A stretch of DNA of 63,761 nt, filler included, from Trichomonas gallinae (GCA_008369845.1; 9 parts of 9 records of this genome joined end to end with filler, not necessarily neighbours in it); one strand, 5' to 3'; numbered from the whole stretch's first letter, positions 43,559-55,600 are shown. Made by a program: numbers and translations. Notes: generated from the sequence alone by a model not told the origin.

Positions 43559-46441
43559 ATGAATATTTCGAAAACAACTCGTTTTAACACATGTAAGAAG
43601 ATTGCGCAGCTGCAGCGCGTCATTACTGTCTTTAAAACGCAGCTGGAAGACAAAGGATTCCAAAAATTGCACCTAGGACTGATTTACGACGAAAAATTCG
43701 ACAAATTATCAAAAGAATACGAAGAAAAACTAGATAAAGACATCAGACCGAAACTAGGAAGTACAGATGAAATAGAGAATAAATATAAAGATAAATACGA
43801 ACAAAATATTTCGAATTTAAAAAAACAAATCAGCGAAAAGGCTTCTAACATACAAACTAACGCTGAAAAGATTATATCAGAGCTACAAAATCTAATGACT
43901 CAGTTAAATGCAATATCTTCACCTTTAATCGAAAAATCCATAACTTTTATCGAAAACTACTCCAAAAAAGCCGATGAAAACAAGAAAAACTTGGTGGCAA
44001 AAGTAAAAGAACTAAATTTGAAATACAACAAAGAAGTAGATGAATTTCTATCAAACGCAGATGCAAAAGAAAACCAATTTGTTATTGATTCAAGGGCTAA
44101 ATTCGATGAAATGCGCAAGAAACAGCAAGAAGCAGTGAATGCACTTAAAAATTCGAAGCCATTGCCAAAACTTTCGAAAAAAGAAATTGAAAATCTTAAA
44201 AAACAGAAACAGGCACTTTCAACAATATCAGATCAATACAAAAAGCTGTATGAAGCATATAATTTTACAGTAAATGCCCATAGAATGTGGATTTTCCAGG
44301 CAAAAACGAAATTTAAAGATATTATGAAAACAACAACGAATACTACTTCAAAAGTCGATGAAAATACACTTAAAAGGGCAAGGGAAGACCTCCAGAAGCT
44401 TTTAGAGCGAACTTCACAAGAATTAACAGATAAACAAAAACAACTCGAATTATTAAAGGCAGAGCTTACATTTACTTACCAAAAGCTTAAAAGTGAGATT
44501 GTTGAACTGCTTGAAAAAGAAAATGCAGACTTTCTAGAGAAAAAAGCTAAATTAGAATCTGAATCTGGACAATTTTCTAAGGAGTTGAGTCAACTTAAGG
44601 AACAAAATAAACAAGAACTGAATGCTTTAAAGGATAAATACGCTGAAGAAGAAAAATCTCTTACAGAAAAAGAAAATAACACAAAAGCTCAGCTTGATGC
44701 TGTTTCTAAGCCATTTAAATCTGAAAAACAGAAGATAAAGAAAGAGTTAAATTCATTAAAAGCCCAAAACAAGGCAGAAAAGTCGAAGAAAGAAAATGAA
44801 TTAAATTCAATCCGTGAAAATCAACAACAAGCATATAAAAATGACGAAAACGCATTGAGAGAGCAGCTAACACTCTTAAAACGTGGTGGTAATCAGCAAG
44901 AAAACGAAAATCGAAAACAATTGAATATGATTCTTCAAGAAAAAGAAAAAGCATTAATTGCAAAGACAAAGAAAATCAATGATTTTGCAGCAGAAACATC
45001 AGATGTCATCGAAAAACTCAAACTTCGCAATAAATTAAACGAAGAATCTTTCAATCACGATACAAATGACGAATACACGAAATTAAAGGCAGAAAGTGAC
45101 TCAAGGGTCAATGAGTTGGCTGCAAGATACAAAGAAGAAGAACAAAACTTGAAAGATCAAAATACTAAAAAATATGTCGAAACAATCAATGCTATTAAAG
45201 CAGAATTCGATCAAAAGTATCCACCTGTACAAGAAGACCCCGAAATTATTGCTTTAAAGAACCAATTCACTGAACAACAACAAAATCTTCAAAATATCAA
45301 GACCCCAAGTTCAGGAAATGGAGAATTCGCACTATTAAACGCTACAGTAGAGACACTACAATCAGAATTCGCTAAAATGAAGGCTGAAATCGATAAAGAA
45401 AGGAATAATATTTTGAATTCATGGAAGAGTCAAATAGAAGCAGAAGAAAAGCGACACAATGATAACACTAACCTTCCTTCCAGCAGAAATCGTGATCAAT
45501 TAAAGAATTCGCTCAAAAATCAGCTAAATGATGTTTTAGAATCAAGAGAAAAGGACGAAAAACGTCTAAAAGACATTTTATCTCTTCTAAATTCAGAAAA
45601 TGCCAGAGTTTCGCAACTTTACAACCAAGAACTTGAAAATCCATCGCATAATAATTTAATTTCCACGCTTAATCATGAACTGAACAATGTTGATGAGGTT
45701 CTTGACAACATGATTAAAACGGCCAATTCCAATAAAGAAGAAGCAATAAAAGAGCTCCAAACAAGAATTACAAATCTTAACCAGAAAAATAGCCTAGAGA
45801 TTGAGCAAATTAACCTTGATACACATAATGAAAGCGAAAGCTACGAGAAAACACTTGAGCAATTGCAGAAAGATCTTGAAAATGCTATAGAAAAATCGAA
45901 ATTGGATGATAAGAAGACATCTATGGATCTCTCGTTGAATGTGGAGAACACACACACGAAGAACGACAACGAGATCAATGCGATACAGTCGCAGATCGAA
46001 AAAATCAAAATTAAAATTCAAAATGACAAAAACACGAACGAAATCATCATAAATTCCACACGTGAACAGAACGAGAAGGACATAGACAAGGCAGAGAAAG
46101 AATTTCAAAAAGATCTCCACAAATTAAAATGCAACAGCGCAGGACTGCTCGATTTCCTCAACGAGAGGATTTCCGTGTTAGAAGAAGAATTAGAAAAGCT
46201 CAGCGCGAACTTTGACATAACTAAGCCGAGAGAGTGCGACATAGAGCGCATTGCCTTCCTGGAGAAGAAGCTCACAAACGTCACCGCTTTCCTGAAAACG
46301 CAGCTGCAAGAGTTCATGCAAATCAAGTCCCTGATTGTCTCGAGAGAAAGCGAATACAACAAGAGATTCGGAAGCGGGCCAAAGGTTGGCACCTTCGACA
46401 TGCCTAGGACACCGCATTCAGCGCACGCAACGAGAAATTGA
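43559..46441 (+). CDS. FAM184-like long coiled-coil protein
   Basis: N-terminal CKKIAQLQRVI and C-terminal LIVSRESEYNKRFGSGPKVG match the conserved ends of FAM184A/B as I recall them (SKKIAQLTKVI; ELVNRETNFNKVF...P.VG). Confidence 0.75.
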   Translation: MNISKTTRFNTCKKIAQLQRVITVFKTQLEDKGFQKLHLGLIYDEKFDKLSKEYEEKLDKDIRPKLGSTDEIENKYKDKYEQNISNLKKQISEKASNIQTNAEKIISELQNLMTQLNAISSPLIEKSITFIENYSKKADENKKNLVAKVKELNLKYNKEVDEFLSNADAKENQFVIDSRAKFDEMRKKQQEAVNALKNSKPLPKLSKKEIENLKKQKQALSTISDQYKKLYEAYNFTVNAHRMWIFQAKTKFKDIMKTTTNTTSKVDENTLKRAREDLQKLLERTSQELTDKQKQLELLKAELTFTYQKLKSEIVELLEKENADFLEKKAKLESESGQFSKELSQLKEQNKQELNALKDKYAEEEKSLTEKENNTKAQLDAVSKPFKSEKQKIKKELNSLKAQNKAEKSKKENELNSIRENQQQAYKNDENALREQLTLLKRGGNQQENENRKQLNMILQEKEKALIAKTKKINDFAAETSDVIEKLKLRNKLNEESFNHDTNDEYTKLKAESDSRVNELAARYKEEEQNLKDQNTKKYVETINAIKAEFDQKYPPVQEDPEIIALKNQFTEQQQNLQNIKTPSSGNGEFALLNATVETLQSEFAKMKAEIDKERNNILNSWKSQIEAEEKRHNDNTNLPSSRNRDQLKNSLKNQLNDVLESREKDEKRLKDILSLLNSENARVSQLYNQELENPSHNNLISTLNHELNNVDEVLDNMIKTANSNKEEAIKELQTRITNLNQKNSLEIEQINLDTHNESESYEKTLEQLQKDLENAIEKSKLDDKKTSMDLSLNVENTHTKNDNEINAIQSQIEKIKIKIQNDKNTNEIIINSTREQNEKDIDKAEKEFQKDLHKLKCNSAGLLDFLNERISVLEEELEKLSANFDITKPRECDIERIAFLEKKLTNVTAFLKTQLQEFMQIKSLIVSRESEYNKRFGSGPKVGTFDMPRTPHSAHATRN

Positions 46442-46504
46442 AAAAATTATTTATTGATTTTGATGATAAATAGAGAATACAATAATCCGTCCGATGTTTG
46501 GTGC

Positions 46505-46795
46505 AGTCTATATGATTATGATATCACATTCAACACATGCAACGCGAAATTGAAAAAAATATTTTTTAATTTTATCGAGAAGAAGCGAATATAATATATT
46601 CATTCAATGTTTTACACATTCAACATGACTATGATGCCACACTTAGCACACACAATTTGAAATTGAAAAATATATTTTTAGATTTTATCGAAAGGGAGTG
46701 AATATATCAAAGCTATTCAAAGATTGTGTACTATGCATGACTATGATGCTACATTCAACACACACAATTCGATATTGAAAATTTTATTTTTTATA
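46505..46795. repeat. tandem repeat, period about 113 bp, about 2.5 copies
   Basis: ATGAYTATGAT...CACA...GAAATTGAAAA begins at about 46512, 46625 and 46737. Confidence 0.75.
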
Positions 46796-47317
46796 TTTTT
46801 TGTTTGTATATCTAAATTTGTTTATATTATTAGTAATATTCGGCTACTTTTTACAAATTTCTATATATTATTTGAAAAACTCCATTCTAATTCTGGAATA
46901 TCGAATCAAAATCGTTCAAAACTAGATTATTTTGATTTTTAAGATAAGATATTTTATTATTTCCTAATAACCAGATAAATCTATTATATGAAATTCCAAA
47001 TTAACACGGTTTTTCTAAGCAATTTTTTGATTTTTATAAAAAATCACCAAAATTATTGACAATCCTGCTATAATCATTTTGATTAATTATCAATCAATCA
47101 ATTATATCGCGCCTGTCTGTAGATGTGTATCAAGGAATAGATGCTATTTTCATGGTTTAGAATTGTTTTTAATGATCTTTTCAAAATTTCATCTGAAATA
47201 TCAAGTTAAAAACACAAAGAAATCAACGATTTAGTAGTTAAATGACTAGTATTGTATGATGCAATATAAACCTAGAGCTTTATAATAAAAAAACCTAATA
47301 TAATCGAGAAAGACAGC

Positions 47318-48502
47318 TTACTCTCTGTTCTGGGCCTCGCGGAAAGCCTTAGCAGCCTCTTCGCGTGCCTTGTAGTAAGCCGGTGGATGGTTCCAGCGGT
47401 TGAAAACTGGTGTCTTGCCGAGTCTCTTGCAGAGAGCGATTAACCTCTGATGTGTCTGCTCATTGTCCTCATCGACCTCCTTCTTGCCTTCGTAGAGCTG
47501 ATAGCCGCCTCTGTAGACCTTTGGTGTGATAATCGGCATGCAAACGTTTGATCCTCCCTGAAGAGCGATGAACTTACCACCTGGGAAGAGTGTATCGAGG
47601 GCAGTTGTAGCGGCGATGTTGTTGAATGGGCAAGCGAGGCGAAGCGTGTCGTACATATTCAATGTAGCTCTGACTTTTCTTGCGTCGAGCTCCTTTCTCT
47701 CGTCGGGAGTAGTTGAAGCGAGGATGTCACGACCCATCTTTGTGTCGTTGTGGATCAAATATGGGCCTAAACCGATCATCGGGAAGTGGCCATCGCGGAA
47801 GAACTCGATATCGCCTGCAAGGTCATCCCATGTCTGTGTTGGGACGCCAACCAAGCAGCCGTTGCCTGTAACGTAGCCGATCTTCTTGAGATTGTTGAGG
47901 CATTCAACTCTTCTTGTCCAGGAGTGATCTGCTGGGTGCATTGTAGCATACAACTTAGGGTTGGATGACTCAATGCGGAGAAGGTATCTTTGGACGCCCA
48001 TATCGTAGAATCTCTTGTAATCATTGTAATCGAGCTCGCCGATGGAAAGAATGATGCACATACCTGTGTCCTTGTCTTTGCCGTACTTGGCGAAGATCTT
48101 GTCGAGCAATGAAGCAACCCAGTCCATTCTCTGGCGAGATGTGATTTCACCAGACTGAAGAACGAGGTTTCTGTATCCCTTAGCCCACATGAACTCGCAG
48201 CATCCGAGGACGGCTTCGTGTGGGATCAAGAAAGGCTCGTACGAGTTGACGCCGCAATAATGGCATCTTTTTTCGCAAGCGTTTGAGAACTCTACGATAC
48301 CTCTAACAGATACCTCGTTGTTGAAGTTCCTCTTGGTGACTTCTCCAGCCGCTTCGTGCAGTGCATCGACTTCTGCTTTATCTCTAGCGTTAAGCAGCCT
48401 GACAATGACGTCGTGGGACATCTTCTTGCCGGAGATGGCCGTCTGCAGGGCCTCACTGAACGATGGTAATTCGCGTGTTGTAGGTATTAGTGTGTTATGC
48501 AT
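47318..48502 (-). CDS. hydE: [FeFe]-hydrogenase maturation radical SAM protein HydE
   Basis: VRGIVEFSNACEKRCHYCG (CxxxCxxC), LVLQSGE, YLLRIESSNPKLY..MHP, MIGLGPYLIH.DT, IAATTAL and GSNVCMPIITP..YR..YQLYEGK. Confidence 0.93.
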   Translation of the reverse strand: MHNTLIPTTRELPSFSEALQTAISGKKMSHDVIVRLLNARDKAEVDALHEAAGEVTKRNFNNEVSVRGIVEFSNACEKRCHYCGVNSYEPFLIPHEAVLGCCEFMWAKGYRNLVLQSGEITSRQRMDWVASLLDKIFAKYGKDKDTGMCIILSIGELDYNDYKRFYDMGVQRYLLRIESSNPKLYATMHPADHSWTRRVECLNNLKKIGYVTGNGCLVGVPTQTWDDLAGDIEFFRDGHFPMIGLGPYLIHNDTKMGRDILASTTPDERKELDARKVRATLNMYDTLRLACPFNNIAATTALDTLFPGGKFIALQGGSNVCMPIITPKVYRGGYQLYEGKKEVDEDNEQTHQRLIALCKRLGKTPVFNRWNHPPAYYKAREEAAKAFREAQNRE

Positions 48503-48883
48503 TGAAATGTGATTTATTTTTTTTTTTGAGAATTTCTATAAATCACGTTAAATCTTGATTTTGATGATGGATTTCGACACTACACAACACAAATAATCGT
48601 ATTCCCAAGTTAGAGATGATTGGATCGAATTGAGAAGAAAACGATTATTATGTCACTTTTGAAATGACTTTCCATTCACTGAGTTTTCTTAAAAAATACA
48701 ATGGGTCAGCAATTGTATAGGAAAAAGAGTAGAAGGGATACCGGGTCTACTGTCATATTATTAGCAAAGAACCGATTTTTTTGTGTTTTTTCATGTTTTC
48801 TGAAATTCTTTATACAGATCATCGTAGTTTTAAAAATTGGTTATTTATTATCTGAAAACAAACAAGACACAAATTTGCGTGAA

Positions 48884-48953
48884 GACGGCTTGGCCGAGTG
48901 GTTAAGGCGCGGGATTGCTAATCCCGTGGATTTATCCGCGTGGGTTCGAATCC
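48884..48953 (+). tRNA. tRNA-Ser (GCT), 3' end cut by the gap
   Basis: GACGGCT-TG-GCCGAGTGGTTAAGGC, anticodon arm CGGGA-TTGCTAA-TCCCG, long variable arm TGGATTTATCCG, then GGTTCGAATCC. Confidence 0.93.
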
Positions 48954-49053
48954 NNNNNNNNNNNNNNNNNNNNNNNNNNNNNNNNNNNNNNNNNNNNTTA
49001 ATTAATTAANNNNNNNNNNNNNNNNNNNNNNNNNNNNNNNNNNNNNNNNNNNN

Positions 49054-49126
49054 TTCTCACCATGGCATGCTGGATCTACCATATGAGTTTCAAGAAGAAA
49101 TCCGGTAAGAGCCGAAGTTTCCCCCC
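49054..49126. repeat. GC-richer contig-start segment ending CCCCCC, possible transposon terminus
   Basis: Composition shifts at 49126. The reverse strand begins GGGGGGAAAC, as G-rich TIR ends do. Confidence 0.3.
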
Positions 49127-49347
49127 TTTTATTGTTATTATAGGATTTCGTTGAATTTTGATTATTATATTTATAATAACAAGAAATCGAAATTGAAAAC
49201 AATAAATCATTAGTATTGAATACTATATCGTCATCTTTTGTTGAAGAATCTAGTAGAAAATCCATGAAGTTATATATTAATTTTCTTTTTGATATATAAA
49301 TTATTGGCAAGTTGTATCACTTATCAATTTCAATTACATGATCATAT

Positions 49348-50220
49348 TCACTGTTCTTCTATTTGATCTAAATTAGGAATTTTTCCACATTTTCTTAAAT
49401 GCGCTGTAATGTACTGAATTGAATCGTCTGGGTTTTGAATATGGGGCCAGTCACCTCCCTCTTTCATTAGAGCTTGTTTGCAGCCGGAAATTGCAATTGA
49501 TGGCAAAAATTCGTCTGGAAAGACAAATCTTTTGTCGAGTGTTTCAATGGACATAATAGATGATGGTCCACACTGCGGATTTGTAGGAAGATTCTTTGCT
49601 TTCCTGATTCGAATTTTTGCTTTCAAAATTTCAGCGATTGCGTGGTCGATCTCATTCTGAATGAAGACAGCTGTAGCAGGTAGTTTCTCTTTTGGATATA
49701 ATTTCTTCAATTCATTGTTTAAAATTGGTTTTGCACCTAAATCTCCCAAAATATCGAAAAAGAATCCAGGTTTGTTGTAAACATTTGTAGAAGTAAAAGA
49801 ATTAATCAAAGTCAATGATAAAACTTTCGTTTCTAATTTTTGATATGAAGCAATCTGTATACCGTAGAATCCTCCAAGATCTGATCCAATAATATGCACC
49901 TTTTTGATTCCAAGAGTGGAACAGAACTGATCAAATCCTTTAGAAAGCTGTTTATATTTCATATATTCTCCAAGATCGAGAGAAAACGCTCTATATCCGT
50001 AATTTATAAGTTTATCGAGAATGTATATCGACGAAGAGCATGTTTCATATGTTCCTGGCAAAATTACAACAGCTTCATCTTCATTTTGATTTCCGCCGCA
50101 TCGATATTGCCACTGCACACCGTAAACTTTATCGAATTTGTACTGTATAGGATGAGCGGCCGATAATTTCTGCAGAAGTTCGTCATTAAAGTAATCAGCA
50201 GGGTTATACGGGCAGCTCAT
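49348..50220 (-). CDS. maspardin (SPG21)-like alpha/beta-hydrolase fold protein
   Basis: VVILPG, GYRAFSL, FDQFCSTLGIKKVHIIGSDLGGF, SLTLINSFTST and ALMKEGGDWPHI...YITAHLR parallel maspardin. Confidence 0.8.
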   Translation of the reverse strand: MSCPYNPADYFNDELLQKLSAAHPIQYKFDKVYGVQWQYRCGGNQNEDEAVVILPGTYETCSSSIYILDKLINYGYRAFSLDLGEYMKYKQLSKGFDQFCSTLGIKKVHIIGSDLGGFYGIQIASYQKLETKVLSLTLINSFTSTNVYNKPGFFFDILGDLGAKPILNNELKKLYPKEKLPATAVFIQNEIDHAIAEILKAKIRIRKAKNLPTNPQCGPSSIMSIETLDKRFVFPDEFLPSIAISGCKQALMKEGGDWPHIQNPDDSIQYITAHLRKCGKIPNLDQIEEQ

Positions 50221-50400
50221 TTTTTTTTAAATAAATGAAGTGTTTGACAAATATATATACAGACTGTTCCTAAAATCATTCCAAGCTAATGAGACAATGA
50301 CAATTGGACAACTTAGCAATGCATTATCAGAAATGATGATGATGACTATGATGATGATTATGATAATGATATAATATTCATTATTAAAATATTTCATTTT

Positions 50401-50600
50401 GATAATAAAGAAACTTCTTTGCTTATTGCTGCATTTAATAGTCATGATGAAGTTGTCAAGTTTCTTTTCACAATTCATGAAATAGGTACTAAATCAAAAG
50501 ATGAAGACAATGACATAGTTTTTAATTATGCTTCATTGAATGATCATCATGAAGTTGCCAAACTTTATCTCATAGATACTAGAATAGATGCTAAAAATAT
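50401..50600 (+). pseudogene. ankyrin-repeat remnant
   Basis: DNKETSLLIAAFNSHDEVVKFL...KDEDNDIVFNYASLNDHHEVAKLYLIDTRIDAKN gives two degenerate ankyrin repeats with no ATG start. Confidence 0.7.
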
Positions 50601-50643
50601 TTTTTTTCTTTTTTTATTTGGAAAGTTACAAATAATAGATAGT

Positions 50644-52683
50644 TTATTTCTTATGTTGATAGAACAATATATAAGTTTTGCCATCATCAGGCTCCAGTTT
50701 TGACATTGTCGCATACTCATCGTTGAATAAGACCCAGGATCCATCACTTTTCTTGCACTTAGCAGTGTAGTGTCCGAAGTTCAAATTTCCTGAGTGCAAA
50801 ATTTCTCCAACAAGTTCATATTTTGAGTTAAAGTTCCTGGAAACATATTGCGATATGTCTATTTCAGGATCAACGATTATAGGAGTGACATTCTTTCTTG
50901 GGACCTTGACATCAGTCACATTCTCTTTTGATACCATTTCGAATCTTTTGATGTTTACGACTAAAATTTCAGGTGTTGTATCAAGCTGTAATTTAGACGT
51001 CATGCTTTCCCTGCACCTCTCGCATGCTTTAGTTGTTGTCTGATTGTGAAAATAGTGTTTAATCATGTCAGAAATGCTCTGCTTGGTTTTAGAGCGAATG
51101 TTAATCTGCATCAAAGTGTTCGAAACAAGTTTCCAGTTGAAGCTGTATTGCTTTCTTGTGTAGAATGTGTTGATATTAGCATTGATAACTGTGGATGCCA
51201 CTAATGGCTGAGAATCACTAGGTTTAAGCTGTTCGTTGAGTTTTATATCAATTTTAGCTTTTTCTTTTTCGCCGTCATCTAAATTTTCCTCGAATTTGTT
51301 TATAATGATATCATCCTGCGTATCATTTTTATCGGACATCCAATACGCGGAGAGTCTACTTTCTATCTCATCAGGAGAAATGTCGTTGGCGTTGACAAGA
51401 ACAGGGAGAAACAGTTCTCGAGATTTTGGTGCTGTTTTGTAATTTGCAAATATTCTGACTAAAACATATAATGAATTTGTTGGAATTTCCATCGCTATGA
51501 AATTTCCCCTGCTGTTGTTTTTAGGCACTGATAGAATGTATGAGTCATGTTGGAACTGGAAGAAGGCACATTTCTTGCCAACTTCTTTTTCTATGAAATC
51601 TGCTGGATCTTGAATATTTTCTTCAAGGAAAAACTGTTTTATATCTTCGGATCTGTCAAATGGGACATACATAATTGAAAGCTGGTCATCTAAGTTCGAA
51701 ATACTAAGATATAAGCCTGCGGATAAATTATTTGTTGAATATGAGGAATTACACCTAACACATGTGTAGTTGTGTGTCTCTTTGAAATTGAATACATCTT
51801 GAACTGATTGTGGTGTTTTATTAATAACTTTTCTGAAAAAATCTTCAGCATCTTGTTGAGAAATCCAATCCTTTGGATAAAACTTCTTTAATTCAGTAGA
51901 GAGGAACTCTATAGGATTAATTGGTGTCTGTCTATCGATAGTAAGCCCTTTAATTATAGATGATAAAGATGAAACAAAATCATTTGTTTCATTCCTAAGA
52001 ATTACATCAGCAACTGGTTTAATATGTGCAATGCATTGAAGTACAGAGTTTGCATAACAAGTATTACCAAGATTCGTGATTCCAATCATTCCAGGCTCTG
52101 CTTCAACTGATTGTTGTACCTGGTTGTTAGCTATTAGTTGCATAAATGGTTTTGGAAGCGCTCTATTTTCGAAAAGAAGATCTTCGTCGTTTAATTCTGT
52201 TCCATTATTCGGTAAATAGTTAAATAAACGCGATTTCTCTTTTGATATACCAAAATAGTCACATGCATCTGCTTTCAGTTCTCCAATTCGATAATTTAGC
52301 GGAACTTCTCTTGTAAAAGTAGATTTGTTGAAAAATACTGTAAAAATGTTTGTAGATAGGAAAAGGAAAGGTTTCTTAGTAACAGGATGTATTTGAGGGA
52401 TTAATGGTATCTCAGGACCACCTCCAAATTTTTGGATTAATTTTTCCCAGATTTCTTTAGAAACAAGTACATAATCGGCTGGGGTAAGTGCATTTTGTTT
52501 TAATTTTGCATCACAATCGATCAAATGTTTATTCCTTATTGGAATATTGAATTCATTTTTGTCATTTCGTAGTGAATATTTGAATTTCGTTAACCATTTG
52601 TTTGATAACGCATAAATAACCTGATTTTCTTGCAGTGTTAGTGATTTTACGTCATTTTGAATCTCTTCGTATAATTTATTCAT
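50644..52683 (-). CDS. ubiquitin-specific protease (peptidase C19) with N-terminal DUSP and UBL-like region (USP4/15-like architecture)
   Basis: Cys box GITNLGNTCYANSVLQC, QQDAEDF, His box HSGNLNFGHYTA...WVLFND, and DUSP motif DYVLVSKEIWEKLIQKFGGGPEI. Confidence 0.93.
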   Translation of the reverse strand: MNKLYEEIQNDVKSLTLQENQVIYALSNKWLTKFKYSLRNDKNEFNIPIRNKHLIDCDAKLKQNALTPADYVLVSKEIWEKLIQKFGGGPEIPLIPQIHPVTKKPFLFLSTNIFTVFFNKSTFTREVPLNYRIGELKADACDYFGISKEKSRLFNYLPNNGTELNDEDLLFENRALPKPFMQLIANNQVQQSVEAEPGMIGITNLGNTCYANSVLQCIAHIKPVADVILRNETNDFVSSLSSIIKGLTIDRQTPINPIEFLSTELKKFYPKDWISQQDAEDFFRKVINKTPQSVQDVFNFKETHNYTCVRCNSSYSTNNLSAGLYLSISNLDDQLSIMYVPFDRSEDIKQFFLEENIQDPADFIEKEVGKKCAFFQFQHDSYILSVPKNNSRGNFIAMEIPTNSLYVLVRIFANYKTAPKSRELFLPVLVNANDISPDEIESRLSAYWMSDKNDTQDDIIINKFEENLDDGEKEKAKIDIKLNEQLKPSDSQPLVASTVINANINTFYTRKQYSFNWKLVSNTLMQINIRSKTKQSISDMIKHYFHNQTTTKACERCRESMTSKLQLDTTPEILVVNIKRFEMVSKENVTDVKVPRKNVTPIIVDPEIDISQYVSRNFNSKYELVGEILHSGNLNFGHYTAKCKKSDGSWVLFNDEYATMSKLEPDDGKTYILFYQHKK

Positions 52684-55600
52684 GTTTTTTAAAAATTTGG
52701 GAGATATTTTGGGGCGAACATAATTATTGAGGGGGCTCTGACATAAATATTTTGTAAATTGATTTTACATGTCAAAAATTCGAAATGATTAGGTCTTGTC
52801 TAAAATTTAGTTCCATCAATACAATATTTACTACCAATTAAAATGATATAAGGAAAGATATAATAGAATCAATGCAGAGCTCTATTTTCAAAAGTTTTAA
52901 TTATTTGCAAATATATTTTCCTTATATGCATATTATTAAGCATAACATAATGTACTAAGTATTAATGCTTGTCATATTTAACTAAATTCAGAACGAAATA
53001 TGATTTTTTTTTTATCAGAACAAAATGAATACTTTTGATATAGAATTGCAATCACATAAGAATCACAGATAAATTTTTGGATTGTTTCATGCCATGAGTA
53101 TAATGTGCTTTGAAAATTTTTTTATCCAAATTATTATTTTGATTTATTGCATAGTAAACCATGAGAACCAATTATATTCACGTAAAATATTCTAAAACTG
53201 CAATTTTAATAGATTAGTTTGATCTAATAAATACCATCAAATGTTTAGGATTCAATTAAATAGTGAGACACGAGGGAATATCTCCGAGTAATACTTATAA
53301 ATTATATTTGTATCAGTCACTATCCAAAACAACATATTTTTTAGATCAATATGTTCAATTTTCTAACTGGTTGTGATTATCTTGAGCAAATTATATAATT
53401 AGACTCCGATATGTTCACTATAGATAGTATCAAGCATTTAAATTCTTAAAACACAACTTAAAAAACTTTGCAAAGTAAAATAACGAATATATCTACCATT
53501 TTGACTGGTGTGAAGCATGAAAATGCCAATATATATTGTTTAATATCATATACTACCAAAATTAAATATGAATTAGCTTTAATCAAGATCTGATTAAAAT
53601 CTTGAACAATTGATTAACTAATTCAACCATGAAAAATGGAAATGATATTAATGAGAAACTCATAAGAAATATCCAAATCAAATTAACCAGTTCGTTTCGT
53701 GATTTTGAATATCAAATTTATCTTTTGCTTATGGTACATCATATTTTTTGATTGAGATTATGCACCATTAACTTATATAGAACATAAAAACATAAACTAA
53801 TTTCAGAAATTCAGCCATTTAAAACAAATTCAAATTTATTCATTATGAGATAGATCAATTCATTGATTCTCAGTTTAAATATATTATAATATCGATACTA
53901 ATTAGAATACAGATGTGTTTAACAAAAGTACAGACACAAATTCCACCTAATTTGGCTGATCAAAATGTAGATGCAACAAATATCTATTATAATTGTATAT
54001 TATGTGTCATTCATATTATCTAATTAAAATATACACATTAGATTTAGTTATAATCGATAGAAATTTTAAATGAAAGTACGAATTATAAGAATAATTAATG
54101 TTGCACACTCAGATAACGTTCAACTACTCTATCTGTGAACGGAAATATTCGTCTGTAAATAGAAAACAGTGATGTAGTATTAAGCGGATATTTTTTTCGA
54201 AAGGCGTTTTTTATGTTACTTAACATTGGAAAAAGACTATATAACGACTTTACGGATAATTTAAGAGGAATATATTGCAATATACACATTAATTGCCTTA
54301 AAAGTTGAAGGTGTCAGAATTGACGATAAATGAATCTTACTACTTATTTGACCAATATTATTAACTATGGGGTAAAAAGCTATTAGCATAAGTTTCGAGC
54401 AAAATTGGAATGTTGAGATATCGAACATCAAAAAATAGAAATATTCGACTTCTAATCATGAAGAACAATCATACTCTGATATTATTATGTGACTCAAGTA
54501 GTAAAATGAATTATATCGCATCTATCGAATTCCGTTTCAATATTTAGACGATGAGCACGTGAGAATGCATTTTCTTCGCTATCTATAGTGTGGAGAATTC
54601 AAATATACTAAAAACAAGCTAGAGTAGATAGAGAGGAAATTTCATTCCCTAATGTCAAAAATACGAAATTGTAATATACGGAATGCATAGCGTCGATGGG
54701 ACTGACCTATTGCGCAATACCCTATCGCTATGTATGGTTCAAGAAACTGTATGAACCCATTATGAATTTTTTATGAGGAAATTTTATATTTCAAAATATT
54801 AAAAATAGCATCTTGAATATGTATAGATAAATAATACTGCAAAGTTTCGCGTCAGAAATAGAAAAAGGGAAAAATGTCTAATTTGAGAATATGCATTGAA
54901 AATATAATCAAACAAAAAAAGAGCAATTTAAATTTTTACTATCACAATTATTCAAGAATAAATCAATACGAAAAATAAAATTGAATGAATTTATTTTTGA
55001 AAATCATCCATATTTAAATGTGATAGTTACACTGGATCAAAAAGGCACGCTATAAAATTTAAAAGAATTCAAAATAATCATATAGAGAAACATAATTAAT
55101 TACATATTATTAAGACATATAGTAAATTTTAACCAAATTGAGCTGCATTCAAATTTTTAACGACAAATTCAAAAATTTAATTGAGGAAATGCAATATTAT
55201 ACGCTAAGCATATATGCAAAATATCCAAAATCAATTAATTATTCATTTATCTGATTTAAAAATAAATGCCTGGAATTTGATAGGTATTCAAAATTATTAT
55301 AATTTCTGTCGAAGTTGTAATTATCGCTAATTACACATAGCCATTAGCAAGTTCTCAAAGTTTAAAATTGTTTCTTTAGCTTTTCATTACGTATACAAAT
55401 TTGTGTGGATGATAAAGATGAAATTGTGATGTTTACATTTACACCTCAAAATCTTTATTGATGAATATGGTTAGGTACATGTTAGATAGTCACAATGAAA
55501 AGTTTACTAAATAAACGTTAACAATTTTTTTTCTGATATTGTTCTAAAAATATTTGGTCAGCCATTAATCAATTCTAGTTTCGCTACATTCCAACTGTTC

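Noticed and set aside
40911..48502. Bacterial contamination as the source of pfkA and hydE
   Set aside because: Both lie on one contig with a eukaryotic FAM184-like gene and AT-rich flanks, and there is no operon structure.
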